Positions 21,230 to 46,463 are shown, counted from the first letter of the stretch. The stretch is 64,000 bases of DNA from the human T2T-CHM13v2.0 reference genome, Homo sapiens (GCF_009914755.1 NC_060932.1), one strand, 5' to 3'. The notes: generated by a model from the sequence alone, not told the origin. Made by a program: numbers and translations.

Positions 21230-22736
21230 GTTTTACTGTATAAAAAATTGAGCAGATAGTACAGAGAGTTCCCATATACTCTCTCTTTCCCCATTTAAAG
21301 ATTCCTCTATTATTGTCTTGCAGTAGCTTGGTACTTTTACTACAATTGATGAACCAGTAGTGATACATTATTATTAAATGAAGTCCATAGTTTACATTAG
21401 GATTTACTTTTAGTGTTGTATAGTTTCGACAAATATATAATGCCATTTATCTGCCCTTACGGTCTAATACAGAATAGTTTCACTGTCCTAAAAATTCCTT
21501 GTGCTCCACCTTTTTATCTCTCCCTCTGTCCTCACAACCACTGATCTTTTTTACTGTTTATATAGTTTGCCTTTTTCAGAATGTAATATAATTAGAATCA
21601 TACAGTATGGACCCATTTCAGACCAGCTTTTTTCCCTAAGTAATATGCATCTGAGTTTCCTCCATGTATTTTCATGGCTTGATAGCTCATTTGTTTTTAT
21701 TGCTGAATAAAACTGTCTAGATATAACATAGTTTATCCATCCAAGCAAGACCTTGTCTCTAAGAAAAAGAAACTGCTCTAAAAAGTAAAACCTATTAATT
21801 TTTAAAAAGGTAAGAACCATCAGGAATGGTGGCTCATGTCTGTAATCCCAGCACTTTGGAGGACCGAGGCAAGAGGATTGCTTGAGCCCAGGAGTGCAAG
21901 ACCAGCCTTGGCAACATAGCAAGACCTTTTCTCTACAAATAATATAAATAATTAGCCTGATGTGGTGGTGTGCACCTTTGGTCCTGGCTACCTAGGAGGC
22001 TGAGGCTGGAGAATCACTTGAATCCAGAAGGCGGAGGTTGCAGTGAGCCAAGATCATGCCACTGCACTCCAGCCTGGCTGACAGAATGAGACCCCATCTC
22101 CAAAAAAAATACAAAAATAAAAATAAGGCCCAACTATATGCTATCTACAGGAAATGCACTTTAAATATAAAGACACAAATGAGTTAATGAGTTAAAAATA
22201 AAATATTGGAAAAATGTATACCATGCCAACACTAATCAAAAGAAAGCTGAGTGACTACATTAATATCAAAATAGATTTCAGAGCAAAGAATATTACCAAG
22301 GATAATTAACATTATGTCATAATGATACAGGGGTCAATTCATCAGGAATTTGTGACAAGCCTAAATCTTTATATATCTAATAGCAGAACTTCAAAAAACT
22401 TGAAGCAAAAACTGATAAAACTGAAGGGAGAATTAGACCAAAAAAAGAGTTAAGAATAACGTGCATAGCATGCTATTTTTTATGCAAAAATACTAATGTA
22501 TGCTTGAATTTATAGGCTACCTATGAAAGCATTATGTAAGAAACTGATAATACTTGTTGCCTCCAGGAAGGGGAGTTTGATGGCTAGTGTACAGAGAGAG
22601 AAGGGAATCTATTCCCATGTATGTATATTACCTATTAAAAATAACCATCCTGGCCAACATGGTGAAATCTCGTCTCTACTAAAAGTACAAAAATTAGCTG
22701 GGTGTGGTGGCAGGTGCCTGTAATCCCAGCTACTCA

Positions 22737-23069
<333 letters not shown>

Positions 23070-23133
23070 TCACATGAACCTAAATCGAGGCTGCAGTGAG
23101 TCATGATCATGCCACTGCACTCAGTCTGCGTAA

Positions 23134-23658
<525 letters not shown>

Positions 23659-23835
23659 TAGCCAGGATGGTCTCAATCTCCTGACCTCGTGATCCACCCA
23701 CCTCGGCCTCCCAAAGTCCTGGGATTATAGGCGTGAGCCGCCGTGCCTGGCAAAAAATAGAATTTTTACAGATAAATAAGAACCGAGGAGTAGAGAAAAG
23801 TTGTATAAATAACTCTTTCAAAAAACTTTTGTTGG

Positions 23836-24590
<755 letters not shown>

Positions 24591-25122
24591 TACCACAAAC
24601 TTTTGTTGCATAGAACAAAGAAATGTGATGGTTGTTGGAGGAGCCTGTCAGGTCAAGAAATAGTGTTTTTAAGATGAGGGATAACAGAATGTGTAGAATT
24701 ATGGGAATAAAGTAATGAGGAGAGTAACCATGATGATGAAGAGACAGAGGGGACATCTGAGACAGCAAAGTATTTAATAGGTAGAGGTGGTACCTGGTGT
24801 CCAAATAGTGACCTTTGCTAAAAGGAACACCTACTCTCTGGTAACCAGGGGAAGAAAGAGTCCATGGGTACAAATGCAGATGAGGATATACTATGTGGAA
24901 AATGAGGGAGTTCCTTTCTGATGGCTTCTGTCTCAACGAGGTCATTAGCTTGTCAAAAAATAGATGAGGTAGGCCGGGCACGGTGGCTCACACCTGTAAT
25001 CCCAGCACTTTGGGAGGCTGAGGTGGGCGGATCACGAGGTCAGAAGATTGAGACCATCCTGGCTAACACATGGTGAAACCCTGTCTCTACTAAAAATACA
25101 AAAAAATTAGCCGGGCTTGGTG

Positions 25123-25283
25123 GCCTTCCACCACATGATGATGCGGAAAGAAGGCCCTCACCAGATGTTAGTGCCTTGATCTTGGACTTCTGAGCTCTGA
25201 AACTGTGAGCCAATAAATTTCTGTTTGTTATAAATGAATCATTCTTAGATATTCTGTTATAGCAGCACAAACAAACTAAGACA
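25123..25283 (+). mobile_element. 3' half of an MST/MLT1A-type LTR fused to a truncated Alu
   Basis: ccttgatcttggacttc...aactgtgagccaataaatttctgtt...tagcagcacaaacaaactaagaca. Confidence 0.65.
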
Positions 25284-26520
25284 ACAACCTACAGAATGAA
25301 AGTATTTACAAATTATATATCTGATTAGGATCTACTCCGTAGAATATAGAAAGAACTCTTACAACTCAACAACAAAAAGACAAACCCCCCAATTTTAAAA
25401 TGGGCAAAGGACTTGAACAGACATTTTCCAAAGAGGGTGTACAAATGACCAAGAAGCACATGAAAAGATGTTCAGTATCTTTAGTCATTAGGGAAAGGCA
25501 AATCAAAACCACAATGAGCCTGGGTGAGGTGGCTCATACCTGTAATTCCAGCACTTAGGGAGGCTGAGGCAGGTGGATCACTTGAGGTCAGGAGTTCGAG
25601 AACAGCCTGGCCAACATGGTGAAACCCTATCTCTACTAAAAATACAAAAATTAGCGGGGTTTGATGGTGCATGCCTGTATTCCCAGCTACTCAGGAGGCT
25701 GAGGCAGGAGAATCACTTCAACCTGAGAAATGGAGGTTGCAGTGAGCCGAGATCACACCTCTGTACTCCAGCCTTGGCAACAGAGCGAGCCTCTGTCTCA
25801 AAAAAAGAAAAACAAAACAAAACAAAAAAACCACAGTGAGATACCACTTCATATCCATTAGGATGGCTAGAATTTTTTTTATATAACAAGTGTTAGCAAG
25901 GACATGGAGAAATTGAAACTCTTGTACATTGCTGGTGGGAATGTAAAATGGTGCAGCCACTGTGGAAAGCAGTGTGATGGTTCCTCAAAAAGTTAAGCAT
26001 AGAATTACCATATAACCCCAAGTCCCACTGCTAGGTATATACTAAAATATTTGAAAATGGGTATTTATTTATTTATTTATTAAATGAGGCAGGATCTTGC
26101 TCTGTTGCCCAGGCTGGGGTTCAGTGTTATGATCATAGTTCACTGCAGCCTTGAACTTCTGGGCTCAGGCCGTCCTCCCGCCTAAGCCTCTTGAGTAGCT
26201 GGGACTACAGGCACATGCCACTATGTCTTGCTAATTTTTTAAATTGTTTAGAGTGGGTGTTTGTGTGGCGGGGGTCTCACTATGTTGCTCAAGCTTGTCT
26301 CTAACTCCTAATCTCAAGCAGTCCTCCTGACATGGACTTCCAAAGTGCTGGGATTACAGGTTTGAGCCACTGTGCCGGCCTGAAAATAGGTATTTAAACA
26401 AATACTTATATGTGCATGTTCATAGCAGCACTATTTACAATGGCCAAAAATGTACAAACAACTCAAATATCCATCAGCAAATAAATGCATAAACCAAATA
26501 TGGCATATACATACCTACTT
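25284..26520 (+). mobile_element. Old L1M(B) 3' region split by Alus
   Basis: Typical ORF2 C-terminal/3' motifs (aaatgggcaaaggacttgaacagac, gctggtgggaatgtaaaatggtgcagcc). Confidence 0.7.
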
Positions 26521-28294
26521 CCCCCCAATGGCTCCTCCTATCCCTCAGTAGATTTGATGTTCTCTCATTTGTGACTTCAGAGTATATTCCACAGCTTAAG
26601 CTTTAGTACCCAACTTGTTTGTGGCCAGAAGAGGTCAGTGTCCCTCTTCTAACCTCTGAGCTGCTTCCCATGTAGTGATTGTATCTCGTTCATTAATACA
26701 TCCCTAGTACATGGCACATACTAAACACTAAAAATACTTATTGAACAAATTAATTTATTTTGTCCTATTTCAGATCCCATATAGAATTATATATTGCACA
26801 TCATTTATATGTCAAATGCTTATATTGTACTTTTCTGTTTTTGTTCTTTCATTTTTGCCTCTCTTGCTCATCAGATTATAAAGTATCCCAGGACAGTGCT
26901 CTGTAACCAGCCCATAGTAGCTACTGCTATTTTACCAGCTACTGTATCTTTCCTTCTTTGATTTCCAGCACCTGACAGTGAAAAGAGCAATTTGAAGAAA
27001 AACAAAATTTATCTTCAATGTGAAAAGCAATTTATAAAAATCCGAATACTTGCCAGGAGCAACTTGACAAAAAAGACAAAGGTGGTAGAAGAAATGTAAC
27101 CAGCCCACAATTCCAATGTTGATAACAGATGAGCTCCCTTTCAAGGTGACTGACATTTACACAAGTACACAGAGCAAGAAGAAGGTCTGAGTGAACTGCC
27201 AAGCATTTTAACTTCTCCTGAGACCAAGTACATCAACAGTTCTCTTGGAAAAGAACAACTGATTTGGGAGTCTAGCAGACTGCCAGCTGCAAGACATTCA
27301 TCCAGCATCAGGAACACAATGGGCCTTCATTTGCCTGCCTTTCTGAGGGCACCAATCAAAAGTAACAGCTGCCACCTTTTTCTATGAGACTTGATTATAA
27401 TTTTCTATGGCCAAGGGTTTGCTGTGACACTTCCACATCATTCTTCAGTATGTAGTCCAGAGATTAGCTACAGATTCAAGAAACACAGACTGTAAACTAT
27501 TATATACAGACATATCTCAAAATAAGCATACCCATTAGTGCCAGCTGCCCTGAAAGACTGAATGACCCCAGCTATTTTCCAAATGTTTTTTCAGAAAGCC
27601 ATGAACACACCTTTCTGGGATCCTATCTATTTCAAAGACAGGCAAAGCTCTGTGGTTCAGTTCCACCACCCAGTACCAAGCCCACAGTATGCAGACCATA
27701 CGCCTTACACATGGCCTTTTCTCTTTATGTAATTGCTGTACCATATTCAGCAGATCTAGACTGACTCAAAGCATGTTCCCTCAAGAAGCTCCACAGAAAA
27801 AAAGGTTTCTGTGATCAAAAATCATTTGGGAAATGCTGCAAACCCTATCTGCCTCTTAGAGCTTAACCATGCATGTCGGGGCATAATATAAACCTTTTCC
27901 AGTCTGGGCCACAGAGTGAGACCCCACCTCTAAAATAATAAATCAATAAACTCTTGAGAAGTACACAGAAAAGAAACTTCTGTAACTTTTTAGGTCTTAA
28001 TTACAAGCAATTGTAGCTTAATCTAAACTTGCTCTTCACTTTATTTCTATGCTCTTGAAAACTAGTGACATAAGCCTTATGAATTTTTTGTTTGTTTGTT
28101 TCTTCTTTTTTTAAGAGAGAGACAGGGTCTCATTCTGTTGCTCAGGTTGGAGTGCAGAGGCACAATCATAGCTCACCGTAACCTTGAATTCCTAGTCTCA
28201 AGTAATCCTCCCATCTCAGCCTCCCTAATAACTAGGACTACAGGCACATACCACCACATCTGGCTAGTGTGTGTGTGTGTGTGTGTGTGTGTAA

Positions 28295-28730
<436 letters not shown>

Positions 28731-29351
28731 ATTTTAAGCATAAATACAAAGGTTAGGTAGATTTAAAGATGGCCGGTAGCATGAAGTGAGCTGTCTAAAA
28801 AGTTGCTTTTACATAAGAACTTTATGTTACTTGATGAGCAAGTATTAATTGGGCTCTCTGTCTCTTCTTCTCTCTCCCTCTTTCTCTCTCTCTCTCTCTC
28901 TGGATCCACTTTCCCTCCTGCATCAGGGAGTCTACTCCTATGTAAATCTTCTGCAGGTTGTGCAGTGGACTTCACCTAGTCTCCCATCTCCAGCTAATTT
29001 GGCCAAGAATAGTCACCTGGCGCAAGGTGGGGAGGGAGCTCTCAATTGGCCAGCAACTTCTGACGTGTGACCTGACTGAACAATGAGAGGCTCGAGTGAA
29101 ATTACCAGCTGGTAGTAGGACAGAGGATATAGATACATGGAATGGAGCTGAGCCAAATTAATGACAAAGGACTAGACAAGAATGACTGTTGATGGTCACC
29201 TATGCTGAGATCACAAAGCTGCCCCGAGTCCAGAAGCAGGTTCGCTGAGGGAGGCTCAACCATGTTACCAATCTTGTTTGAGATTAATGTTCCTTGTTGT
29301 AAACCTCAAGTCTGTTTCTTGCAATCAAACCATTCTAAATTGAAACAACTA

Positions 29352-29606
<255 letters not shown>

Positions 29607-29839
29607 TTAAAAATTCGCCAGGCACAGTGGTGTGCACCTGTGGTCCCAACTACTCCGGAGGCTGAGGAGGGAGGATCACTTGAGCCCAAGAGTTCAAGGC
29701 TGCTATGAGCCATGATCACACCACTGCACTACAGCCTGGGCAACAGAGTGAGACCTTGTCTCTAAAAAAATACAAACAAAATACAGATTTAACCAACTCA
29801 TGCCCAGCTTAAGTACAGAGTTTAAGAGTGTGCATTTAG

Positions 29840-30097
<258 letters not shown>

Positions 30098-30191
30098 TAG
30101 TAGAGACGGGGTTTCACCGTGTTAGCCAGGATGGTCTCTATCTCCTGACCTCGTGATCCGCCCGCCTCGGCCTCCCAAAGTGCTGGGATTA

Positions 30192-30461
<270 letters not shown>

Positions 30462-30583
30462 TCAATTAGTTGTAAACACCATGGGAAGAGTAAACTTTCT
30501 GATAAATCTTTTCTTTACTTTTATTCTTCTTTCAAAATAGTCAATGCTCAGTTTCCTTTTCTAAACAAAATTTAATTAATTAA

Positions 30584-31103
<520 letters not shown>

Positions 31104-32684
31104 TGAACTCCTGGACCTCAAGTGATCTGCCCATTTCGGCCTCCCAAAGTAAGGGGATTACAGGCATGAGCCACCGCGCCCCGCCAGTGCTCAGTTTCAA
31201 TTCTTTAGTTCATTCCCAGGTTACAAGACACATTTCACAGTGGAATTCAAGGCTTTCCTCCATCTGACCCCAACTGACCTCTTCCATTTTGTCTTTAGCG
31301 CCTTCATTTAAAGTCATCCACTCACTAAACATACTAGGCTTTCTGCCTTGGCTCAAATTGTTATACTCTTGAATGTGTTGAACTCTCTCTCGTCTTCTCT
31401 GACCATCTTAATTCTTATGTATTCTTGAGAAACTATCTAGTTCAAATTCTTTTCCAGGCTGGGCAAGATGGCTCATGCATATAATCCCAGCACTTTGGGA
31501 AGCTGAGGCGGGTGGATTGCTTGAGCTCAGTAGTCCGAGACCAGCCTAGGCAACATGGCAAGACCCCATCTCTACAAAAAAATACAAAAATTAGCCAGGT
31601 GTGTGGCTGTACCAGTAGTCCCAGATACTTAGAGGGCTGATGTGGGAGGATCACTTGAGCCTGGGAGATCAAGGCTGCAGTGAGCTGGGATCACACCACT
31701 GCCCTCCAGCCTGGGCAACAGAGTGAGACCCTGTCTCAAAAAACAACCAACCAAGCAACCATAAAAAAACACCGCCTGCACAAAAACAACAAATTCCATT
31801 TCCATAAGGAGTCATTGACCATCCCAATTCTCATTTATTCACTCATTCAACAAATACATAAAGAGCCTATCATATCCAGCTACTATTAGGCAAGGGAATA
31901 CAACCATGAAAATGATGTAGTCTCTTCCTTCAAAGGGTCTGCAGTTTCTGGAGGAAAGGTTAATTATAATACAAAAATAAGTGACATGATAAAATACACA
32001 GTAATAGCATACAGGAACCCCTATCTCCTATTGGGTGTGGTGAACAGGAAAGTTTTTCCAAGTTCTGAAAGATGAATAGAGTTAGCTGGCAAAGAGGAGA
32101 CAAGGGTATTTCAAACAGAGGACAAGAACATTATTAGAAGCACCACTGCACTCCAGCCTGAGCGACAGAGCGAGACTCTGTCTCACAAAAAAAAATGATA
32201 ATAATAAAAAATAATTCATAGGAGGGGGCTAAAAGTCTGGATTTGGATTTTTGACAGTGGAAATGGAAAAGAAAGGAATGAGAATACACATTATAAGGAA
32301 GGAGGTTATGAAATTTTGGTTAATTAATGGTCTCTAATGATTAGCATGAGCATGTAGAACTCAATGTTTACTGATTATTTGACACTCTAAAATTCCGGTC
32401 CATACCCATAGCAGAAATAAAGGGTGAACAAGATGATGAGTTTAAAAATTCAGCTGTTTTAATAAAGTTCATTGTTAATTTTTTTTAAGAAATGAGGCTT
32501 TCAGCCAGGCGTGGTGGTTCACACCTGTAATGCCAGCACTTTGGGAGGCCAAGGTGGGCAGATTGCCTGAGGTCAGGAGTTGCAGACCAGCCTGGCCAAC
32601 ATGGCAAAACCCCGTCTCTACTAAAAATACAAAAAAAAAAAAAAATTAGCTGGGCCTGGTGGCACAGGCCTGTAGTCCCAGCTA

Positions 32685-32820
<136 letters not shown>

Positions 32821-33125
32821 TCAAAAGTCATCTTGAAACTTTATAGCAAGACCTCATTTCTCCAAAAAAAAAAAAAAAAAAAAACATTACCCAAGTGCAG
32901 TGGTGCACACCTGTAGTCCCAGCTACTTAGGATGCTGAGCAGGGAGGATTACTTGAGCTGCAGTGAACTATGATCTCACCACTGCACTCCAGCCTGGGCA
33001 AGAGAGGGAGACTTCGTCTTAAAAAAGAAAAGAAAAGAAAAGAACATTTAGATGCCAGGCAAATGTTTTATTAGTACAAGGCCAGAAATGAAAATCTCAG
33101 GCAATTTCAAGGCCCAGTTGCAATC

Positions 33126-33144
33126 TACTGCCACCTACTGGGGA
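33126..33144 (-). promoter_or_regulatory. Candidate CTCF site
   Basis: Minus strand reads CCCCAGTAGGTGGCAGTA, matching the CTCF core consensus. Confidence 0.5.
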
Positions 33145-33411
33145 GTCAACTGGAGGCTGGAGGGGAAATGTATACTTTATTAATTATTAATTGCTAAACC
33201 TATTATACAAACTTATAGTTAGTTTCATAAGGTCATCTATTCTTTCAGATCTTTACTATAAACTGGAATTGTTGTATCACTACCAGATCATGGGCCCTAT
33301 AGCTTTATTACTGACTGATCAAGCTTGATGCCTTATCCCATTTTAATTCTACTGCTTAGTGAGTGGTTTTAGGATTTCCTTAGGTTAAGAATTTCTTCAC
33401 TTCTTAGGTTA

Positions 33412-33540
<129 letters not shown>

Positions 33541-34827
33541 TTACCAAAAGAAAAAAAAAATACACCCGGCACGGTGGCTCACACCTGTAATCCCAACACT
33601 TTGGGAGGCTGAGGCAAATGGATCTTGTCAGGTCAGGCATTCGAGACCAGCCTGGCCAACATGGTGAAACACCCTCTCTCCTAAAAATACAAATTTAGCC
33701 GGGTGTGGTGATGCAGGCCTATAATCCCAGCTACTCAGGAGGCTGAGGCAGGAGAATCACTTGAATCCGGGAGGCAGAGGTTGCAGTGAGTGAGATCACA
33801 CCATTGCACTCCAGCCTGGGCGACAGAGTGAGACTCTGTCTCAAAAAAAAAAAAAAAAGAAAAAGGAAAAAAATAGTTATGATGGCATGCGCCTAAGGTG
33901 CAGCCTGGGTGACAGAGCAAGACCCTATCAAAAAAACAACCAAACAAAAAAAAACCCACAGCAAAACTTTGCTAGTTGCTTTTACAAGGATGTTGTAAGA
34001 AACACTGGCAACACCAAATGTTGGTGAGGATGTTGGGCAACAGGAACTCTCATTAACTGCTGGTGGAAACACAAAATGGTACAACCATTTTGGAAGACAA
34101 TTTAGCAGTTTCTTACAAAATTAAACATACTCTTACTACACAATCCAATATTCCATGCTTATTAGTATTTACCCAAAGGAATTGAAAATTCATATCCACA
34201 TAAAACCTGCAGATGAATGTTTATAGCAGCTTTATTCATAATTGCCAAAACTTGGAAGCAACAGAGATTTTCTTTAGTAGGTGAATGGAAAAATAAACTG
34301 TTATATCTAGATAATAGAATATTACTCAAAACTAAAAAGAAAGAAGGTATTAAGCCATAAAAAGACATGGAAAAAACTTTGATTCATATTTCTAAGTAAA
34401 ATAAGCCAATCTGTAAAGCCTGCATACAGTATGAGTTCAATTATATGACATCCTGAGACACTAATGGCCCTCCTAGACAGGAGGCTCACGAGAGTGGTAG
34501 GGCTAAAGCCTAAAACCATGCAATGTCTGGGGTTTCCTCTGCTTTTTCAACTCATCATCTTGTTCACCCTTTATTTCTGTCATTGATATGGACTAGAATT
34601 TTAGACTGTCAGATAACCAGTAAACATTGAGTTTCAGGCACTCATGGTAATCATTAGAGACCATTATTTAACCAAAATTTCATAACTTCTTTCCTTTTAA
34701 AGTCTCTTCTCATTCCTTTCTTTTCCATTTCCACTGCCAAAATTCAGACTTTTAACCCCCTCCTATGAATTATCTTAATAAATTTTCTAATGAACTCTTT
34801 GCTTCTAGTCTCCTCTTCTTTCTTTCA

Positions 34828-34858
<31 letters not shown>

Positions 34859-35309
34859 GATACAGGGGCCTCATTGTGTCAGCCAGGCTGTAGTACAAAT
34901 GGCTTTGAACACCTGGGCTCAAGCTATCCTCCCTCCTTAGCCTCCAGAATAGCCGGGACTATGGGCATGCACCACCATGCCTGGCTAATTTTTTAACTTT
35001 TAATTTTGTAAAGACAGGGCCTTGCTATGTTGTCATGGCTATTCTGGAACTCCTGGCCTCAAGGGATCCTCTTGCCTCAACCCCTCAATGTGCTGGGATT
35101 ACAGGCATGAGCCACTGTGCCTGGCCATCTTTCTTATATTTGTATTTTATTTCTGCAACACTATTGTTGGTTCATTTAAGATCATTATCATATTTTATTT
35201 GATTGACATGTCCCACTGAGCTTATAGGAACACTTTGTAAGTAGTTGTTCAATTTAGAATGGTTTGATTACAAGAAACAGAGACCCACTTTGCATCAGTA
35301 TATAATGCT

Positions 35310-39317
<4,008 letters not shown>

Positions 39318-39763
39318 ATAATAATCTAACCTGTTATAGTGCTGCGTATGATTCTTTGTTCTTTTCCTGACTTCTCACCCTACCTTTCTCCTAATTCTCC
39401 CCATTTTGACACCTTGGTCTTCTGTTATACATTCATATAAAACTCTAATTTCACACTAAACTGGTTTCATGAACTCTTCAAAACATATTGCAACAGATCA
39501 ATCAACAAGTATTTATTGTGTGCATACCATGTGCCCAGCAAGGTATATAATCTTTTATAGGCAATGACAGCTACAGATTTGCTTATTTCCTGCACTGAGT
39601 GTTACTTAGTTGATAGACCATCTGGCTTCAGTTTTTTGTTTTGTTTTTTTTTTTCTTTTAGTTGCAATGATTGAAAACAATGCTTTAAAATCTATATTCC
39701 AGTCAGGCGCAGTGGCTCACACCTGTAATCCCAGCACTTTGGGAGGCCAAAGCAGGCAGATCA

Positions 39764-40111
<348 letters not shown>

Positions 40112-40436
40112 TTAGACAGATTTTCTATTTTATTTAGCACTATATATACTTTTGCTATATTTTGTACAAATTACAGAATTGTTGTCTAGAAGTCCAGTAT
40201 GCATTAAAATGGTCACTAGAAATGTGGTTCTAAAGCCAAAAGATGGAGATTTCATTAGAATGTAGAAGAGGAAACATAAATTTAACTCAATTAGTAAATA
40301 TTATTTTAGCTCATTCCTTATACTAGGAATTATAGCCGGCACTAGATATACAAAGATAAATATCACTGGCTTCAAGTTCAATCCCTTCTCACTACATTTT
40401 TTTTTTTTTTTTTTGAGACAGAGTCTCGCTCTGTAA

Positions 40437-40631
<195 letters not shown>

Positions 40632-40770
40632 TGATCCGCCCGCCTCGGCCCCCCAGAGTGTTGGGATTATAGGCATGAGCCACCGTGCCTGTTCCCTTCT
40701 CACCTTTTCATCAGATTATTTCATTAGCCTCTTGACTACACTGCCTCCCTCCAGTCTTGTCCCTCTTTAA

Positions 40771-41315
<545 letters not shown>

Positions 41316-41444
41316 TAAAATGCTTTTGTGGAGACGGAGTCTTACTATGATTCCCAGGCTGAACTGGAACTCCTGGGCCCAAGCAATCATCCTTCCTTGG
41401 CCTCTCAAAGTGCTGGGATTACAGGCATGAGCCACTAGACCTAG

Positions 41445-41763
<319 letters not shown>

Positions 41764-42415
41764 TAAAATCGAAATCCAACTTTGCTTAAAACCAACCACA
41801 GCAGAAAGTCCAGGTTCTTTAGCATCATAGATAAGACCATCAAGACATTCCTCCCTCTTTTTGTCTCCTATCACTCTCTGCCTTGACATTTATGTTCTAG
41901 TTCTATCCAATTTCTTAGGCTTTCTGCACACATACCGTATTAATATATATTATAGCAATATACAGACCATATTAATTTACACTTCTGAGCCTTTGCCCAG
42001 GGCCTGAGCCCCTGCCAGCCTTGCATTTCTTAGTGTCTTTGTCCAGCCCAATTTTATTCTTTCTTCAAAGCTCAGCTCACTTCTTCCCTGAAGCCTTTCC
42101 TGAATTTGCTGAGTAAGTAATGTAAGTTCTTCCATACGCCTGAGCTTGCCTCTAACATTGCACCTAGCATATTATATTAAAAGGACCTGTGTATGTGTCT
42201 TTCCTCTCACCGCTGGCTCTTTTGAGGACAGAGACCATGTCCTTTTCATCTTTGTATTCCCAGTATCCATCAGGGTCCCTGGCCCATAGTTTATCCTTAA
42301 CTATTTTTTATTGAACCAGATGAAACTGAATTGATATTCTTTAAGACAATTACCCCTTCTTTGACTTTTATATTTGTCAAATTAAATTAAATTTTGCTAA
42401 TACATTTTTAAACTA

Positions 42416-42583
<168 letters not shown>

Positions 42584-42586
42584 TCA

Positions 42587-43100
<514 letters not shown>

Positions 43101-43809
43101 TAAGCTGGCCAGCCAGGCTGGTCTGGAACTCCTGGCCTCAACTGATCTGCCCACCTCAGCCTTTCAAAGTGGATTATTTTTAATAATCAAGAAATGAAAT
43201 AGGTCAGGCACAGTAGCTCATGCCTGTGTAATCCCAGCACTTTGAGAGGCTGAGGTGGGAGGATCACTTGAGCCCAGGAGGTCAAGATTGCAGTGAGTCC
43301 TGAGATTGCACAACTGCACTCCAGCCTGGGTGACAGAGCAAGACCCCGTCTCAAAAAAAAAAAAAGAAAAAAAAAGAAGTGAAATAAATGACTACAATGA
43401 CCAGAGAAGAAATAGAGACAACGAAAAGTTACCTTTACTGAACTTTATATATATGTATACTAGTATAAAAAATAAAAATAAATATTATAGTACAAAAAAG
43501 GAAAACAGCACAACTGTTGATATTCAAAAGATCTCATACCTACCTTCCAGTGTGAACTTTGATCCATCGGTTACACACTGATACTGTAACATTTTATGTA
43601 AATAATTGTCCAGTAACTAATAAACACATTTTAATAAAAGCAAACCACCTGCAAAAGGTACAATTTAGGCAACTACTAAATTGTACCACTGATGTAACTT
43701 TGGATTTTCTTAACTCCTTTTCTAGATTTAAAACTATTAAAAATTTTAAAAGAATACTACATTTAATTGTAATGATGTATTCAAATGTGGTAAAATACTT
43801 CATATATGA

Positions 43810-44235
<426 letters not shown>

Positions 44236-44548
44236 TAAACACAAATTTAAAAGTCAGGTGGTCATACAGAATGTCAAGAATGAAGTAATTCAAATTCTAT
44301 TTCTTCTATACAAGAAACATTATGCTATCATATCATATTACATATTACTATGCTATAATTGTTTATATCAAATCTGCTAAAACTCAAACTATATATAATA
44401 ACACAAGGGTCAGAGACATGAACTATGCCCTAAGTGAGCTTGAATCATTCTGAATCTTCATGAACTTATTCCTAAAATGAATGTGTATAGCTGAGTTCAT
44501 GTGTGACAGGAACCAAGTGTTTACACTGGAGCTTTGCCAGTTAACTTC

Positions 44549-44926
44549 CAATTAGAATACCATGTTTATTAAAGGATAACTAATAAAACTGTGTCAATTT
44601 GAAAATATTAAAACTCTCAACAATCCAGTCACAGTGTTGTCGTACACTTGCAGTCCCAGCTACTCGGGAGGCTGAGGCAGGAGAATTGCTTGAGCCCATC
44701 AGGTTGAATCCAGACTGGGCAATACAGTAAGCCCTCATCTCTGAAAAATAAAACATTTTTTAAAAAAAACACCTCTTAAGACCTGGTGCAGTGGCTCACA
44801 CCTGTAATCCCAGAACTTTGGGAGGTCGAGGTGGACGAGCAAGGTGGGTGGATCACTTGAGCTCAGGAATTCAAGACTAGCCTGGGCAATATAGTGAGAC
44901 CTTGTCTCTACAAAAAAAAAAAAAAA
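44549..44926 (+). repeat. Inverted duplication, copy A (partner 52932-53317)
   Basis: Reverse complement of 52932-53317, including ~75 bp of non-Alu sequence and a private Alu variant (gtcgaggtggacga). About 16 differences by hand count. Confidence 0.93.
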
Positions 44927-45650
44927 GGACAAACATCCAAACTATATCAATTGGCTAAAATTTCTGGCACATAGCGATAATGAAAATCATACCAAATTTG
45001 TTTTATTTAGCCAATTTTTGTGCAAACAAATAGAAATAATAACATTTTAACTTGTTTGTTCTGTTGTACATTTAAGCCTACTCACTACAAAACCTTTATC
45101 AAAGATTTAAGAGCAACAATTGGGAAATAGAGAGTACACATAACTAAAGGGTCTACAGAATCTCTGAAGCGCACAGCACACACTTATCCAGCTCATCCTC
45201 TGCACCCATGGTGAGTTCCACCTCTGCCCCTGATGGAAACGGTGGCTACAATCAAGGGGGCTATTTGGTCCATGGCAAGGAGAGCAAGGACTTCTGGGAA
45301 GGGAGATGGCTGTGGACCTGGTGAGATGGACTCTACTGAGGAGAGGGGCATGAGAGTAACTCCTATACTTCCGTGCCATCTTTGCTTCACCCCCAATTTA
45401 TGAACAGGTCTCTGTGTGTGGGTATGCACACACACCACATCTTGTCATTTTACTATGCTCCAAGTCTCTTTGGAATTCAGACTTTTGTTTTGTTTTTGTT
45501 TTGTTTTTGTTTTTGTTTCTGTTGCCCAGGCCAGAGTGCAGTGGTGCAAACTCGGCTCACTGAAACCTCCACCTCTCAGGTCAAGCAATTCTCTTGCCTC
45601 AGCCTCCTGAGTAGCTGGGATTACAGGCATGTGCCACCACGCCTGGCTAA

Positions 45651-45968
<318 letters not shown>

Positions 45969-46463
45969 TAGAGACAAGGTCTTGCCATGTTGCCCAGGCT
46001 GGTCTTGAACTCTTGAACTCAAGTGATCATTCGCCTTAGCCTCCTAAAGTACCGGGATTACAGGCATGAGCCACCATGCCCAGCCAAGACATTTTAAGTA
46101 TAAAGTGAGTATCAGAAGAATGAAACAGGAGGCATTAAAGAGAATAGCCATAAAAACAAGCAGAGAAGGAGAGCAGAACAGAAAGAAAAGGGAGCAAATT
46201 AGAAGATGAGAAGAAATGTTGGCAGAAACACAGAGTAAATAGTGTAAATTCCCTACGTTCACATCAACTGGCAAAAGGAGAGATGACTAAAGAGTCAACA
46301 GGGTCAAGAAAAATTCAAGTAGAAATTTTTTTAAGTTACATTAATTTTCATTGGGAGAAGTTGAATAAATGGGAACTCAGTACTGTTTTTGCAACTTTTT
46401 GTGAGGCAAAGTATTTCAAAATAAAAAGTATATGCATATTGTCTTAGCCCATTTGTGCTGCTA

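Noticed and set aside
20955-21446. 163-aa minus-strand ORF
   Set aside because: Spans an old L1M fragment and the MER41 LTR; repeat-derived.
44525-44550. Possible missing ATP5MF 5' piece on the minus strand next to copy A
   Set aside because: Only a gapped ~25-nt resemblance to recalled sequence; not distinguishable from chance.
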